Assembly (NCBI RefSeq): GCF_023055435.1 | Contig: NW_025963813.1 | Span: 20,770,001 to 20,834,000, forward strand | Length of the DNA stretch: 64,000 bases | Reading direction: 5' to 3' | DNA from: Haliotis rufescens | Lineage: Eukaryota | Part shown: positions 1 through 12,489 of the stretch, piece by piece | How the letters are laid out: every line of letters starts with the position of its first letter | How positions within the stretch are numbered: position 1 is the stretch's first letter | Notes under the pieces: generated by a model | What the model was told of the DNA's origin: nothing | The model's input: only the letters and a program-made list of their open reading frames with translations | Database searches by the model: none | Made by a program: the position numbers and the translations under genes

Positions 1-94
1 AACATATGCCTAACTTATATACCAATGCATGCGCAATGAGTTAAAGTCCAAAACACCTCTAGGTACATGTATGCCAACCTCCAATACAGGCAGG

Positions 95-131
95 CGCGCG
101 CGCACGCACGCACGCACGCACGCACGCACAC
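95..131. repeat. (GCAC)n microsatellite
   Basis: gcgcgcgcacgcacgcacgcac...; a similar run lies in HES intron 2 at about 11226-11255. Confidence 0.9.
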
Positions 132-1710
132 GGAAATATATATTACACAGACAGCATTGCATTCACAGCACAACTTTGTCTCCCTGTTCCCATGCTAGTA
201 TCTCTAATCTTTGTAACCATTTTGTTACAGATAGACATTTGTACTCTACCCCATAGATTAACACAAAACAATTAATTGGCTAGTTGGCTTGTTTTGCTGT
301 TATGGGAGTCTAGATCGGTTTTGATTCCATAAAATACGTACATATTCCACAGTTCTGGTGCAGGACTATCTGCCCCCGCGTTGGTATAATTTGTACAATA
401 TATTCTTGTTTCTTTTACAGAACACTGAAACCCAGAAAAACCTCGATAGGTTACGCAGTCCATTAAAAAATAACTGAATAAAGTCCACCTACAAACACGA
501 GTGCGCACTTTTTACAACAGAATTCATTTTCAAGGATGAAGCAATTTAAGGCGATCATCTATTACCAGTCATTTTCATCACCACCCACGCATACACATCC
601 CAGTTGACAAAGGCACACTCCCTAAAAAGTGAATAGAAAATAACCAAAAATGTGTTAACGTCCCCACACGTTGTTGATTATCACCGAGGTGCTGTAACAC
701 AGGGAGTTCCGGTTGGCGCAGGGTCAGGTGTGGGATATCAGGTAATTCATCCTCCTCGCGGGGGACATGGGGGGGGGGGGGGGGTTGCTTCCTTATACGG
801 GGAATTCTTTTCTACGCCAGGTGTGCGGTGGGAGGGTTGGGTGGGTGCGAGTGACCTTGACTAATATCGGTTAAAAAATACCCCTGGGTATTATTCTTTA
901 AGGTACAATCTGACATCTTCTATGTAGCTCTATTCAAGACATGAACCCTCTGTTCCTATTGGTTAATCCTGCATAAGCCTGGGTTGCTCGGCGCGTGTGG
1001 GTTTTTTTTTTTGCTTTCTAAAGACATTGCGAAGTTTAAGGATTGGAAGAATTTTGTTTTTGGAAATGTAGCGTTCTTTTTATTTACGTTTCTACAATGA
1101 ACCCATTTGTTGGCAGCTTATCTATGAGATTGAAACATGGATAGGGCGGCGCTGTGGTTTGTCCCGGCGTGTCCAGCTTCAGATATGTACTTTAATATGA
1201 TCCGTGTGCAATAACTCCCCCGGTGAAAGCTCCGTTTAGATAATTCATTCCTCTTTTTTGGAAATGGCGCTTAGGAGGTTAAAATATATTAAGGTATTAC
1301 AAAGCTCCCATTTGTAGTCCAATTTACGGTATACTAGGAATACATTCTACCGATTAGTTCGATCTTTCGAAGGCGTTTATATACTTTCTGTATATTCAAA
1401 AGGTTTATTTAACGATATGTTTTGCGTGTATGGAGGTTTTAATGCCACGAGCGATGTGCACACTGCATACATGTAGTTCATCCTGGTAGCTCGGAGATCC
1501 TGTGGCCACTGAAATATGTTTATAAAAGTTGGGCCACTTGTGTGTTAGCCCTAAGATTCTGATGACAGAAACGCATACGATCATGACGGACATGATGTCA
1601 CACTCCCAGTCCACGAATCACTGAACCTGTCTCTAGTGGCGTGTACTATACTGCACAATATGTCAGAGACACAAGAGCAAGTATAAGCATACCGTATGTG
1701 TCGTCACTGT

Positions 1711-4700
1711 CACTAATACATCACACTGTCGTAATCTACCTCATTTATACATCGCACCAACATCTACCTCAGTAATACATCACTACAACATCTACGTCAC
1801 TAACAAATCATTTCAACATCTACCTCGCTAATTTATCACAGGATCATCTACCTCAGTACTACATAGCTAGATGATCTACCTCACTAATACATCACTAGAT
1901 GATCTACCTCACTAACACATCACTAGATGATCTACCTCACTAATACATCACCAGATGATCCAAGTCACTAATAAATCACCAGATGATCCACGTCACTTAT
2001 ACATCACTAGATGATCCACGTCACTAAAACATAACTAGATCATATACTTCGCTAATACATCACAAATACATCTACCTCACTAACACATCATTTCAAAATC
2101 TACCTCACTAATTTATCACTGGATCATCTACCTCACTAATAAATCACTAGATGATCTACGTCACTAATACATCACTAGATGATCTACGTCACTAATACAT
2201 CACTAGATGATCTACGTCACTAAAACATCATTAGGTGAGCTACCTCACTAATACATCACTAATACATCTACCTCACTAATACATCACGAAATCATCTACC
2301 TCAAAATACAACATTACATCATCTACCTCAGTAATACATCACTTCATCGTCTACCTCACTAATACATCACTGGATCATCTTCCTCGCTAATACATCAGTG
2401 GATCATCTTCCTCACTAATACATCAGTGGATCATCTTCCTCGCTAATACATCACTGGATCATATTCCTCACTAATACATCAGTGGATCATCTTCCTCACT
2501 AATACATCACTTCATCGTCTACCTCACTAATTCATCACTTCATCATCTACCTCACTAATACATCACGAAATCTTCTTCCTCACTAATACAAAACTATATA
2601 GTCTACCCCACCAATGCTTCACTATAACGTCTATCTCACTAATAAATCAATTCATCATCTACCTCACTAATACATCACTGGATATTCTACCTCACTAATA
2701 CATCACTTCATCGTCTACCTCATTAATACATCACTGGATCATCTACCTCACTAATACATCAATTCATCGTCTACCTCACTAATAAATCAATTCATCATCT
2801 ACCTCACTAATACTTCACTGGATCTTCTACCTCATTAATGCATCACTTCATCGTCTACCTCATTAATACATCATTCGATCATCTACCTCACTAATACATC
2901 ACTTCGTCATCTATCTCACTAACACATCACTATATCGTCTACCTCACTAATACATCACTGGATCATCTACTGCTCTAATACATCACTTCATCATCAAACT
3001 CACTAATAAATCACTTCATCATCTACCTCAATAATACATCACTGGATCATCTTCCTCGCTAATACATCAGTGGATCATCTTCCTCACTAATACATCAGTG
3101 GATCATCTTCCTCGCTAATACATCACTGGATCATATTCCTCACTAATACATCAGTGGATCATCTTCCTCACTAATACATCACTTCATCGTCTACCTCACT
3201 AATTCATCACTTCATCATCTACCTCACTAATACATCACGAAATCTTCTTCCTCACTAATACAAAACTATATAGTCTACCCCACCAATGCTTCACTATAAC
3301 GTCTATCTCACTAATAAATCAATTCATCATCTACCTCACTAATACATCACTGGATATTCTACCTCACTAATACATCACTTCATCGTCTACCTCATTAATA
3401 CATCACTGGATCATCTACCTCACTAATACATCAATTCATCGTCTACCTCACTAATAAATCAATTCATCATCTACCTCACTAATACTTCACTGGATCTTCT
3501 ACCTCACTAATGCATCACTTCATCGTCTACCTCATTAATACATCACTGGATCATCTACCTCACTAATACATCACTTCGTCATCTATCTCACTAACACATC
3601 ACTATATCGTCTACCTCACTAATACATCACTGGATCATCTACTGCTCTAATACATCACTTCATCATCAAACTCACTAATAAATCACTTCATCATCTACCT
3701 CAATAATACATCACTTTATCATCTAACTCACTAATACATCACGAAACCATCTACCTAACTAATACACTACTATATCTACCTCACTAGTACATCACTAATA
3801 CATCTGCCTCACGTATACATCCCTTTATCATCTACCTCACAAAAACATCACGAAATCATCTACCTCACTAATACATCACGAAATCATCTACCTCATAAAT
3901 ACATCACTAGATCATCTACCTCACTAATACATCACTGGATCATCTACCTCACTAATACATAACGAAATCATCTACCTCACTAATATATCACGAAATCATC
4001 TACTTCACTAATACATCACGAAATAATCTACCTCACTAATACATCACTTCATCTAACTCACGAATACATCACTAGATCATGTACCTCACTAATACATCAC
4101 CTACCTCACTAATACATCACTAGATGATCTACCTCACAAATACATCACTTCATCTAGCTCACAAATACATCAGAAGATCATCCACCTCACTAATACATCA
4201 CTGGATCATCTACCTCACTAATACATCACGAAATCATCTACCTCATAAATACATCACTAGATCATCTACCTCACTAATACATCACTTCATCTAACTCACG
4301 AATACATCACTAGATCATGTTCCTCACTAATACATCACCTACCTCACTAATACATCACTAGATGATCTACCTCACAAATACATCACTTCATCTAGCTCAC
4401 GAATACATCAGAAGATCATCCACCTCACTAAAACATCACTGGATGATCTACCTCACTAATACATCACTAGATCATCTACCTCACTAATACATCTCTTCAT
4501 CTATCTCACGAATACATCACAAGATCATCTACCTCACTAATACATCACTGGATCATCTACCTCACTAATACATCACTGGATCATCTGCCTCACTAATACG
4601 GCACTTCATCTGTCTCACGAATACATCACAAGATCATCTACCTCACTAATACTTCACTACATCATCTACCTCACTAATACATCACTGGATCATCTACCTC

Positions 4701-6250
4701 ACTAATACATCACTCGATCATCTACCTCACTAATACATCACTATATCATCTACCTCACAAATACATCACTGGAACATCTACCTCACTAATACATCACTCG
4801 ATCAACTATCTCACGAATACATCACTGGATCATCAACCTCACGAATTCGTCACTTCATCATCTACCTCAATAAAACATCACTTTATCGTCAATCTCACTA
4901 ATTTATCACTCGATGGTCTGTCTACCTTACAAATACATCACTTCATCATCTACCTCACTAATGCATCACTTCATCCTCTACCACACGAATGCATCACTTC
5001 ATCCAGTACCTTACTAATACATCACTAGATCATCAACCTCACTAATACATCACTGGATCATCTACCTCACTAATACATAACGAAATCATCTGCGACACTG
5101 ATACATCACTAGATCATGTACCTCACTAATACACCACTTCATCTATCTCACGAATACATCACAAGATCATCTAACTCACTAATACATAACTAGATCATCT
5201 ACCTCACTAATTTATCACTCGATTGTCTACCTCACAAATACATCTCTTCATCCTCTACCTCACTAATACATCTCTTTATCCTCTACCTCACTAATACATC
5301 AGTTCATCATGTACCTCACTAATACACCACTTCATCTATCTCACGAATACACCACTAGATCATCTACCTCGCTAATACATCACTAGATCATCTACCTCAC
5401 TAATACATCACTTCATCTATCTCACGAATATATCACTATATCATCTACCTCACTAATACATCACGAAACTATCTACCTCACTTATACATCCCTTTATCAT
5501 CTACCTCACTAATACATCACGAAATCATCTACCTCACTAATACTTCACCAGATCATCTACCTCACTAATACATCACTTTATTATCTACCTCACTAATACA
5601 CCACTTCATCATCTAAATCCAAAATACATCACTTCATCATCTTTCACACTAATACATCACTAGATCATCTACATCACTGATACATCACGAAATCATCTAC
5701 CTCACTAATACATCACTGGATCATCTACCTCACTAATACATCACTGGATCATCTTCCTCACTAATACATCACTGGATCATCTTCCTCACTAATACATCAC
5801 TGGATCATCTTCCTCACTAATACATCACTGGATCATCTACCTCACTAATACATCACTCGATCATCTACCTCAATAATACATCACTGGATCATCTACCTCA
5901 CTAATACATCACTAGATCATCTATCTCACGAATACATCACTGGATCATCTTCCTCACTAATACATCACTGGATCATCTACCTCACTAATACATCACTGGA
6001 TCATCTACCTCACTAATACATCACTGGATCATCTACCTCACTAATACATCACTGGATCATCTACCTCACTAATACATCACTCGATCATCTACCTCACTAA
6101 TACATCACTCGACCATCTTCCTCACTAATACATCACTGGATCATCTTCCTCACTAATACATCACTGGATCATCTACCTCACTAATACATCACTGGATCAT
6201 CTACCTCACTAATACATCACTATATCATGTACCTCACCAATATATCACTT
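1711..6250. repeat. 28-bp minisatellite, about 160 copies, consensus CATCTACCTCACTAATACATCACTGGAT
   Basis: 28-bp period visible (TGGAT at 5941, 5969); degenerate left edge; internal 672-bp duplication. Confidence 0.95.
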
Positions 6251-6478
6251 CACCTACCAGACTAATACATCTAATATTACTGCAATACACCTGATAGTTT
6301 TTTGTCTGACCAGAAAGATTGTTCTGAACATTGAATAACTGTAGGGTAGGTTTTAATAAAGCTGCTGTATGTCGAGATCGCCATGGTATTAAATCTGCGG
6401 TATACAGAAAATACTGTCTGTGTTGATAGCGGTACCCGTGTAAGTGAAGCTGTCGTATATGGGTAATACACTGCGTAT

Positions 6479-6706
6479 GTTGGCTTGTTTGTAGGTACCA
6501 GCTATATGACGGCTGTCTGTACATAATCGAGTCTGGACCAGTCATTGACGTCATGAGCATCGATCTATGCAATTGGGATAGGATGACATGTATTAACCAA
6601 ATCAGCGAGCCTGACCACCCGGTATTCGCCTCTTAAGACATGCACAGTCGCCTTTTACGGCTGGCATGGGTTGCTGAAGACCTATTCTACCCGGATGTTC
6701 GCGTGT
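6479..6706 (-). mobile_element. SINE-like non-autonomous retroelement, family A, diverged copy
   Basis: Reverse complement aligns to the copies at 7704 and 57043 (TAGAATAGGTCTTCAGCAACCCATG...AAAAGGCGAC...GGGTGGTCAGGCTCGCTGA...CAGACTCGATTAT). Confidence 0.8.
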
Positions 6707-7703
6707 GTTGGTAGATGTATCTATCTGAGTAAAGCTGCTCTACATAGGAAATACTTCGTGTGTTAGCGGGGGTTATATGAGACAGAAGGTTGACCACACA
6801 CATACCGCCACGTGACGAATGCTCACTGAACCATTGTTATCGACATGCGCACACAATAACAACCGTTGTGGCACTCATCTACACAAAGACACAAACTGCC
6901 GATCACATTTGATCACCACTGTGCGACACGATTGGCTATCAAATGTGTTCATCGCAATTACTAAACCCTGCTGATAGTGAATTTCCGCACAGAGAAAATA
7001 TGAAGACTTATCGTCCTGGTACAGAACAAACCACACCGTTCAGATATTCGGTTACTTTTGACCATCCCTATGCAAAGCTTGTCGCCCGTGCGTCGTCGAG
7101 ATCCGTGGGGGAGCGAGACGCAAGGGCGAGGGAGGCCTGTTTGGCGGCTATTTGGGTCACGCGCCGCACGTGCTCTCATAGACTTTCGTCGCCTGACGTC
7201 CGTAATTCCCACGGTTGGTTAATTGGACAGGACACGGCGATTTATTGCCATTTTTCTGGTCGTTTTCTCTCTGTTAGTTAACTTTTTGAGTTATCTAGAA
7301 TAAGATTTGTTTGTCTGTTCAGTTTTGTAGCTGCTTTAAAAACGACTAAGTTTTAAGCATGAAGTCTAAACATTCTTCATAACACATTTAAATTCAAGAG
7401 TATATAAACGTGTCAATTTCAAGTCATGTCTCGTTTTGTGTCTTCATTCTGCCAGATTCACATGTGGAATATTAAACAATTGATACTTATTACTTATTAC
7501 TTATATTTCTGAAATTATGTCAATTTCCTCGAAATTCACTGTTGGTGCGCGTGTGTTAAATTGGTTTTGATAAAATAATCTAACATTTGACAACAAAACA
7601 TTTCCCAAAAATATTGTTATGTAAGATATTCGTATTCAAACAAAACCACACTATCATTTGACATGTACTTAGCTAAAACAAACACATATGATAGTCTGAG
7701 TCG

Positions 7704-7958
7704 TCATCTTCAGCAACCCATGCATCCATGCTTGCCGTAAAAGGCGACTATGCTTGTGGTAAGAGGCGACTAACGGGATCGGGTGGTCAGGCTCGCTGAC
7801 TTGGTTGATGCATGTCATCGATCCCAATTGCGTGGATCGATGTTCATGACATTAATCACTGGATTGTCTGGTCTAGACTCGATTATTTACAGACCGACGT
7901 CATATAGCTGGAATATTGTTGAGTGCGGCGTTAAACAACAAACCAACCAATCATCTTC
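7704..7958 (+). mobile_element. SINE-like family A, 5'-truncated copy with target-site duplication
   Basis: Body ends GCTGGAATATTGTTGAGTGCGGCGTTAAACAACAAACCAACCAA; direct repeat TCATCTTC at 7704-7711 and 7951-7958. Confidence 0.85.
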
Positions 7959-7968
7959 TTGATTAGGT

Positions 7969-8153
7969 TGTAAAGGATAAAACGCGTAGTCTTGGTCAGT
8001 AAGACCGAGAGCGAAGCTCAGTTTTACTATCCCTGCAACTCGAGTGTTTTACAGTCCCAGCCATAACCGAGCAACAGTTTTGTATCTAGTTCCGGTACCA
8101 ACAAGTGTGCCCGAACATATTAATAAAAATAATTGCATTGTTTATCCCTTACA
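7969..8153. mobile_element. Possible small terminal-inverted-repeat element remnant
   Basis: TGTAAAGGATAAA (7969-7981) and TTTATCCCTTACA (8141-8153) are inverted repeats, 12/13 identical. Confidence 0.35.
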
Positions 8154-9379
8154 CAAAAGTGGACTCGACCGGTACCTTGTCAACTTTCATGATTAATTTT
8201 GTTTTTTTAAAGCATTAAAAGATTTAACTCATTTTGTTATGTATTCAAGATAACAATGCTAAACGATTCCAAAGCTTAACTTCAAAACGTTTCCTTCCAA
8301 GGCGTCAATGGCCGCACCAGTGGTGACCGTCGAATCAGTAACGACATGCAATGCGGCATACAGGTACCCTTACCCATGAAAAGGAACAGATGACTACAAA
8401 GTTTCAAAACACCATATCAGGTTATATCTATCATAAATATTCTTTTAAAAAACAAACAAACACAGAATAGGTTACGGGCAGAGAGGAACCCACATATGTA
8501 TTATTAAAGGTGATTATACGAATATGAGAAACCTCCGAAAAGAATTGATGACGTCACAGAGGTGTCCGTCTCGTCAACTGGCGTCACGTGTGTCCAGTCG
8601 TATCGCTGACCATTTGTGACTGGTCGCAAATGGACATTGACAAGCAGGGACTGCTCGCTTCCGTTCCTTCATCAACAGGTGTGTCGAGTGTGCACGGAGC
8701 CGCAAGGAAGCAAGGATCGTTGTTCAGCTGGCGTTCCACCCAGTCCAGACACTGGCTCCTTGTGGATTTAAGACAATGCAGACTGATCATTATTGAACTG
8801 AATCAGTGAGGATGAAACATGAATCCTATATATTGTGGCCATTCCTGTTAATGCCACATTCCTTTGGGTCACGTCGTACGGGAACTTTAGTCTTGTCGAT
8901 TTAGTTTCGAAAGTATGTCGTTGAATGTTGTGATAATCCATCAACAACATATTGTCCCCTCTTTTTATTTAATGCCGGAGACTATTTACAGCACTGTGTC
9001 ATCTGAGAGTAGCGTCCTCGCAAGACATAACAAAACAGGCTGACACATAAATTTATGAAAGCTTGAAATCATACCACAGTTACAATGATAGAAAATATAT
9101 TATATGCATTACGAGGCTCCCAGTGTCAGAACTTTCAGTTTGCACTGATGATTATATCAATACTTCATACAGCACCAAAGAGTATTATAAATTAACGTCG
9201 CTTGTCGACTAAACACTATTTAGTGGTGCGATGTGGGGTTCAAACTTTAAAACTGTAAAGTGTGAGGCGCAAAAAATTGAAAACAAAAGATTATCAATGT
9301 GTGAAAATCGGCAAAGTTCCTAATCTGTATTGTAGGGCAATCAACCGAGGCAGCACAATCAGAGGCGTTCATCGATGTA

Positions 9380-9830
9380 CAGTACTTTCCCACGATTTGC
9401 GATGAAAGCATTTGAAGCGAAACACACTCGCGGGGCGCACTCTCTCTGTAAACCGAAAACAAACACTAAGTTGGGCTTTGAATTGTATTATTTAGACCAT
9501 CATGTACTGCGTGGTATGGTTGGTTTCTAATCACTTTTGGGGCAAAGAGGGCGGGAAATTCCCACAGACGAAATCTGAGGGTGGTGTAAGTTTCGGCGCG
9601 TGCGGAGAGTTTATCTCGTAAATTTCGCCACTGATTGACGCCTGGGAGTGCTCATTCCACTGCGCGCGCTCCCACTAGCCAATGAAATCTGGTGTCGCGC
9701 ACGACCACCACCCCCCGCAAAGCTTGATTGACAGCCAGTGGGTCTTCTCAGCGTGGGAAACCAAGACTTCGTGCCTTCACAGTGAGCTTGATGTATAAGG
9801 ACGGTAATCGACATCTAAATTCCGATACAT
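9380..9830 (+). promoter_or_regulatory. HES proximal promoter: CSL sites, kappaB site, GC box, Hairy class-C site, CCAAT, Su(H) paired site, TATA
   Basis: TTCCCACG 9387-9394; GGGCGGG 9549-9555; GGGAAATTCCC 9553-9563 overlapping TTCCCACA 9559-9566; GGCGCGTGC 9595-9603; CCAAT 9679-9683 in AGCCAATGA; CGTGGGAA 9752-9759 + 16 bp + TTCACAGT 9776-9783; GTATAAG 9793-9799, about 135 bp before the ATG. Confidence 0.75.
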
Positions 9831-9929
9831 TACATGCCGACGCTCACTCGGCTACCTGTTGCATTGGTAGACATTTCACTGGGAAAGTTGCTCATTTCAA
9901 CAGTCGTGTGGATGTGTTCTTCAGAAACC

Positions 9930-9980
9930 ATGTCGGATACCTGCAGTGATGACAAGCGATCAGGCGCCTCCTCTAGAAGG
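9930..9980 (+). CDS. HES1: HES coding exon 1 ([17 protein letters not shown])
   Basis: AAACCATGT start context; ends at GG|GTGAGT donor (9981); phase 0, joins in frame to the basic region. Confidence 0.88.
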
Positions 9981-12408
9981 GTGAGTTTATAATTTAAAGG
10001 TTTATTTTCATTTTCTTAATTTATTATTTTTATAGTGATAGGTTTTTTAATGCATCATTTTAGTAACTTTTGTCGTTATAAACGTTGACATCGATGGCAT
10101 TTCAACTTGATGTTCGTGTTTCGTGTGTTTCACGACTCACGCACATGTACGTGGTCATTCTACTAATGTATTTACAAAGTGCCCTACTACATGCGCGTGG
10201 ATATTTATTGCAGAGTAACAAACCGCTCATGGAAAAAAGACGGCGAGCTCGGATAAATGAGTGTCTCGGGCAGCTGAAATCTCTTGTCCTACAGGCTCTG
10301 AAGAAAGACGTAAGTGAAAACAGCTGATCCCACAGGTGACGTCCGGCACTGATACTGCTATACTCTAGCTGTGTTGACCGACACCTGTGGCTGTGAGATC
10401 ATCAAGTCAGTCAACGCACTGTCTTGTATTGCCGTGGATACTTTACGGTACCAATCATGTGTAGTGACATTATATATATGTATAAAGTTCGGTCATATGT
10501 AAAACTCTCACGCTCGTAGGCAATATCTCAAGTACAATCACAATATTTGATTACAAATTTCAATGACAGATATGTCAACACTATATGTTCATGGAGGACG
10601 ATTATATCGTATGCAGAAGATAGTTAATGGGTCATTTAGTTTGGAGTAGTTTCTTTCTCATGGGTCAGCGAGTCTCCACTTCTTTATTTCAAGCTTGGAG
10701 ATATTTACAATTGAGCTAACAGTAATTCTTTCAGTTAGACACTAGTTATCTCCCTTTGATTGTAGATCCCATAACCCCAGTCTATAATCTGCATGAATGT
10801 TTACACAGGTCCAAAACCCCAATCATTCACCGTGATGAGTACGAATGCAGGGAGTTCCCTCCCTTAGACAGGTTTACTGTTGAAATACACCAACAATAAT
10901 GTCGCAAGGTTACACAGGTTATCACTTTCTCACGGTGTTTTCAACTCGCTGTTGATAAGCGTGGCTCGCGACAAAGTGAGCGACCGAAGCATTGCAAATA
11001 CATTACGCCGGCTCGCAAACTGAGAGATTTGTACAGAGCTAACAATTCTGAACTTCGGCCAACATTGCCTTCAGCAAAAGCGTGGGAGCGAAAAAGTCGT
11101 GAAACTTTGCGAAATACTTTCGGACAAGAAAGTAAACGGAATCGGAAAAAAACAACCTCGACGGAATTCGTCCTGTTTGGCCTTCGATTATTGGCCATGA
11201 AATCAGAATCAATATGAAATGATAACACACACGCACACGCACGTACGCACGCATACACTCACATTCAAATAAGTGCAGAGCCATATAACATTTGATTTCA
11301 TATTGATGGTGGCTTATGGGGTCAATCAGGGCGATCGTGATTGGATTTTCTCAGATTGTTTGGACATTGCTTTTACAGAATATGTAAGAACTTGCTTTTA
11401 GTGTATTACAGTGTTGATATTCTCAGGTAGATAAAGCAGATTATTCTACAGACACATCCGTCTAATTCGCCATTGTGTATTTCAGAGCACGCAATATTCT
11501 AAACTGGAAAAGGCCGACATCCTGGAGATGACCGTGAAACACCTGAAGCTACTCCAGCGACAACAGATAGCAGGTAATGATAAACGCTATATGACAAATC
11601 GTAGAAACGCAACACCAGATACTAATGCAAGCTAGAACGATACTTATATGTAGCACGATCAGTCAATGTATGCGTTTGAGATCATGTTGTTTTGATATGG
11701 TATTTGGTTTATGTAAGAAGACAACATTCAAGATGAGTCAGGATTGAGTATGGCGCCGTTCAAGTCGTGAACTAATGTATTATCTTTCTTGCTTCAGCGG
11801 CCATGTCCTCCGATCCGTTCCTGATGGGAAAATATCGAGCTGGATTCAACGAATGTGCAGGTGAAGTCGCCAGATACCTCGATGCTGTTAGCGTCAATCA
11901 TGACGTCAAGTCACGCGTTCTCAACCACCTTGCCAACTGTGTGTCTCAGATCCCACCCGAGGCCCAAATCCACCCGGCCCACCTACAAGCCCTCCACGTC
12001 ATCCCTCAAGCCAGCCAGCCTGCGTTCCCCGTCAACAGCCTTGGCCCGTGCACGCCGGTGTGGAACATCGTCCCCTCGTCCGTCACTCACCAGGTCCACA
12101 GTCAACATGCTCGTATAAACGTTTCCCCATATTCCAAAATGGACCGGCCCAGGTTTACACCGTCTCCAGAGAGTAGGTCTCTCCCTGAGAGCCGTTCCTC
12201 CCCAGATTCATCACCTGTGTCTTCCCCGGACTCAAAGAGTGACATAGACCTTTCCTCAAGACGTCAGTGTGAAATGTATACACCTCCACACGTATCTGCG
12301 TCGCCATCTTTGATTTCCGTGAAAAGAGAAAGGGAGACAACTCCGCCCCGACAAGAACTTGAACAACAGTTGGAAGTCGAGGGTGATAAAATGTGGCGAC
12401 CCTGGTGA
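9930..12408 (+). CDS. HES1: hairy/Enhancer-of-split (HES1/HES4-like) bHLH-Orange-WRPW transcriptional repressor; spliced CDS join(9930..9980,10214..10309,11486..11573,11798..12408), 281 aa
   Basis: Splicing at canonical GT-AG sites gives [17 protein letters not shown]|[32 protein letters not shown]|[29 protein letters not shown]|[28 protein letters not shown]...KMWRPW*. It has the HES-diagnostic proline in the basic region, an Orange domain and the C-terminal WRPW Groucho motif. 846 nt, in frame. The symbol indicates family likeness, not proven orthology. Confidence 0.96.
10214..10309 (+). CDS. HES1: HES exon 2 (basic region, helix 1)
   Basis: TTTATTGCAG acceptor, 96 bp, [30 protein letters not shown] donor at 10310. 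Confidence 0.96.
11486..11573 (+). CDS. HES1: HES exon 3 (loop, helix 2)
   Basis: TATTTCAG acceptor, 88 bp, [17 protein letters not shown]|GTAATG donor at 11574 (phase 1). Missed by the ORF track because it is short. Confidence 0.96.
11798..12408 (+). CDS. HES1: HES exon 4 coding part (Orange domain, Ser/Pro-rich region, WRPW)
   Basis: ACTAAT branch-like site at 11771 and TTTCTTGCTTCAG acceptor; phase 1 joins into ORF 11803..12408, which ends WRPW-TGA. Confidence 0.96.
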
Positions 12409-12489
12409 TGAAAACAGTTTCTATAAAACAAGATCACTGACTTAATATGCAGGTTTTATCACAGCAGGGAGGTTGCACGTCTTTCACTT

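Noticed and set aside
10085-10327. 80-aa ORF as a stand-alone gene, and 11803..12408 as a complete gene
   Set aside because: They are intron read-through around exon 2 and an internal Met in exon 4 of the single spliced HES gene.
12219-12225. GY-box (GTCTTCC, miR-7 seed match)
   Set aside because: Single occurrence, inside the coding exon; could easily be chance.
12422-12427. TATAAA as an early poly(A) signal that would exclude the repeat from the mRNA
   Set aside because: It is a weak variant 14 nt after the stop with no clear GU-rich element; ATTAAA at 12973 fits better. Not excluded without 3'-end data.
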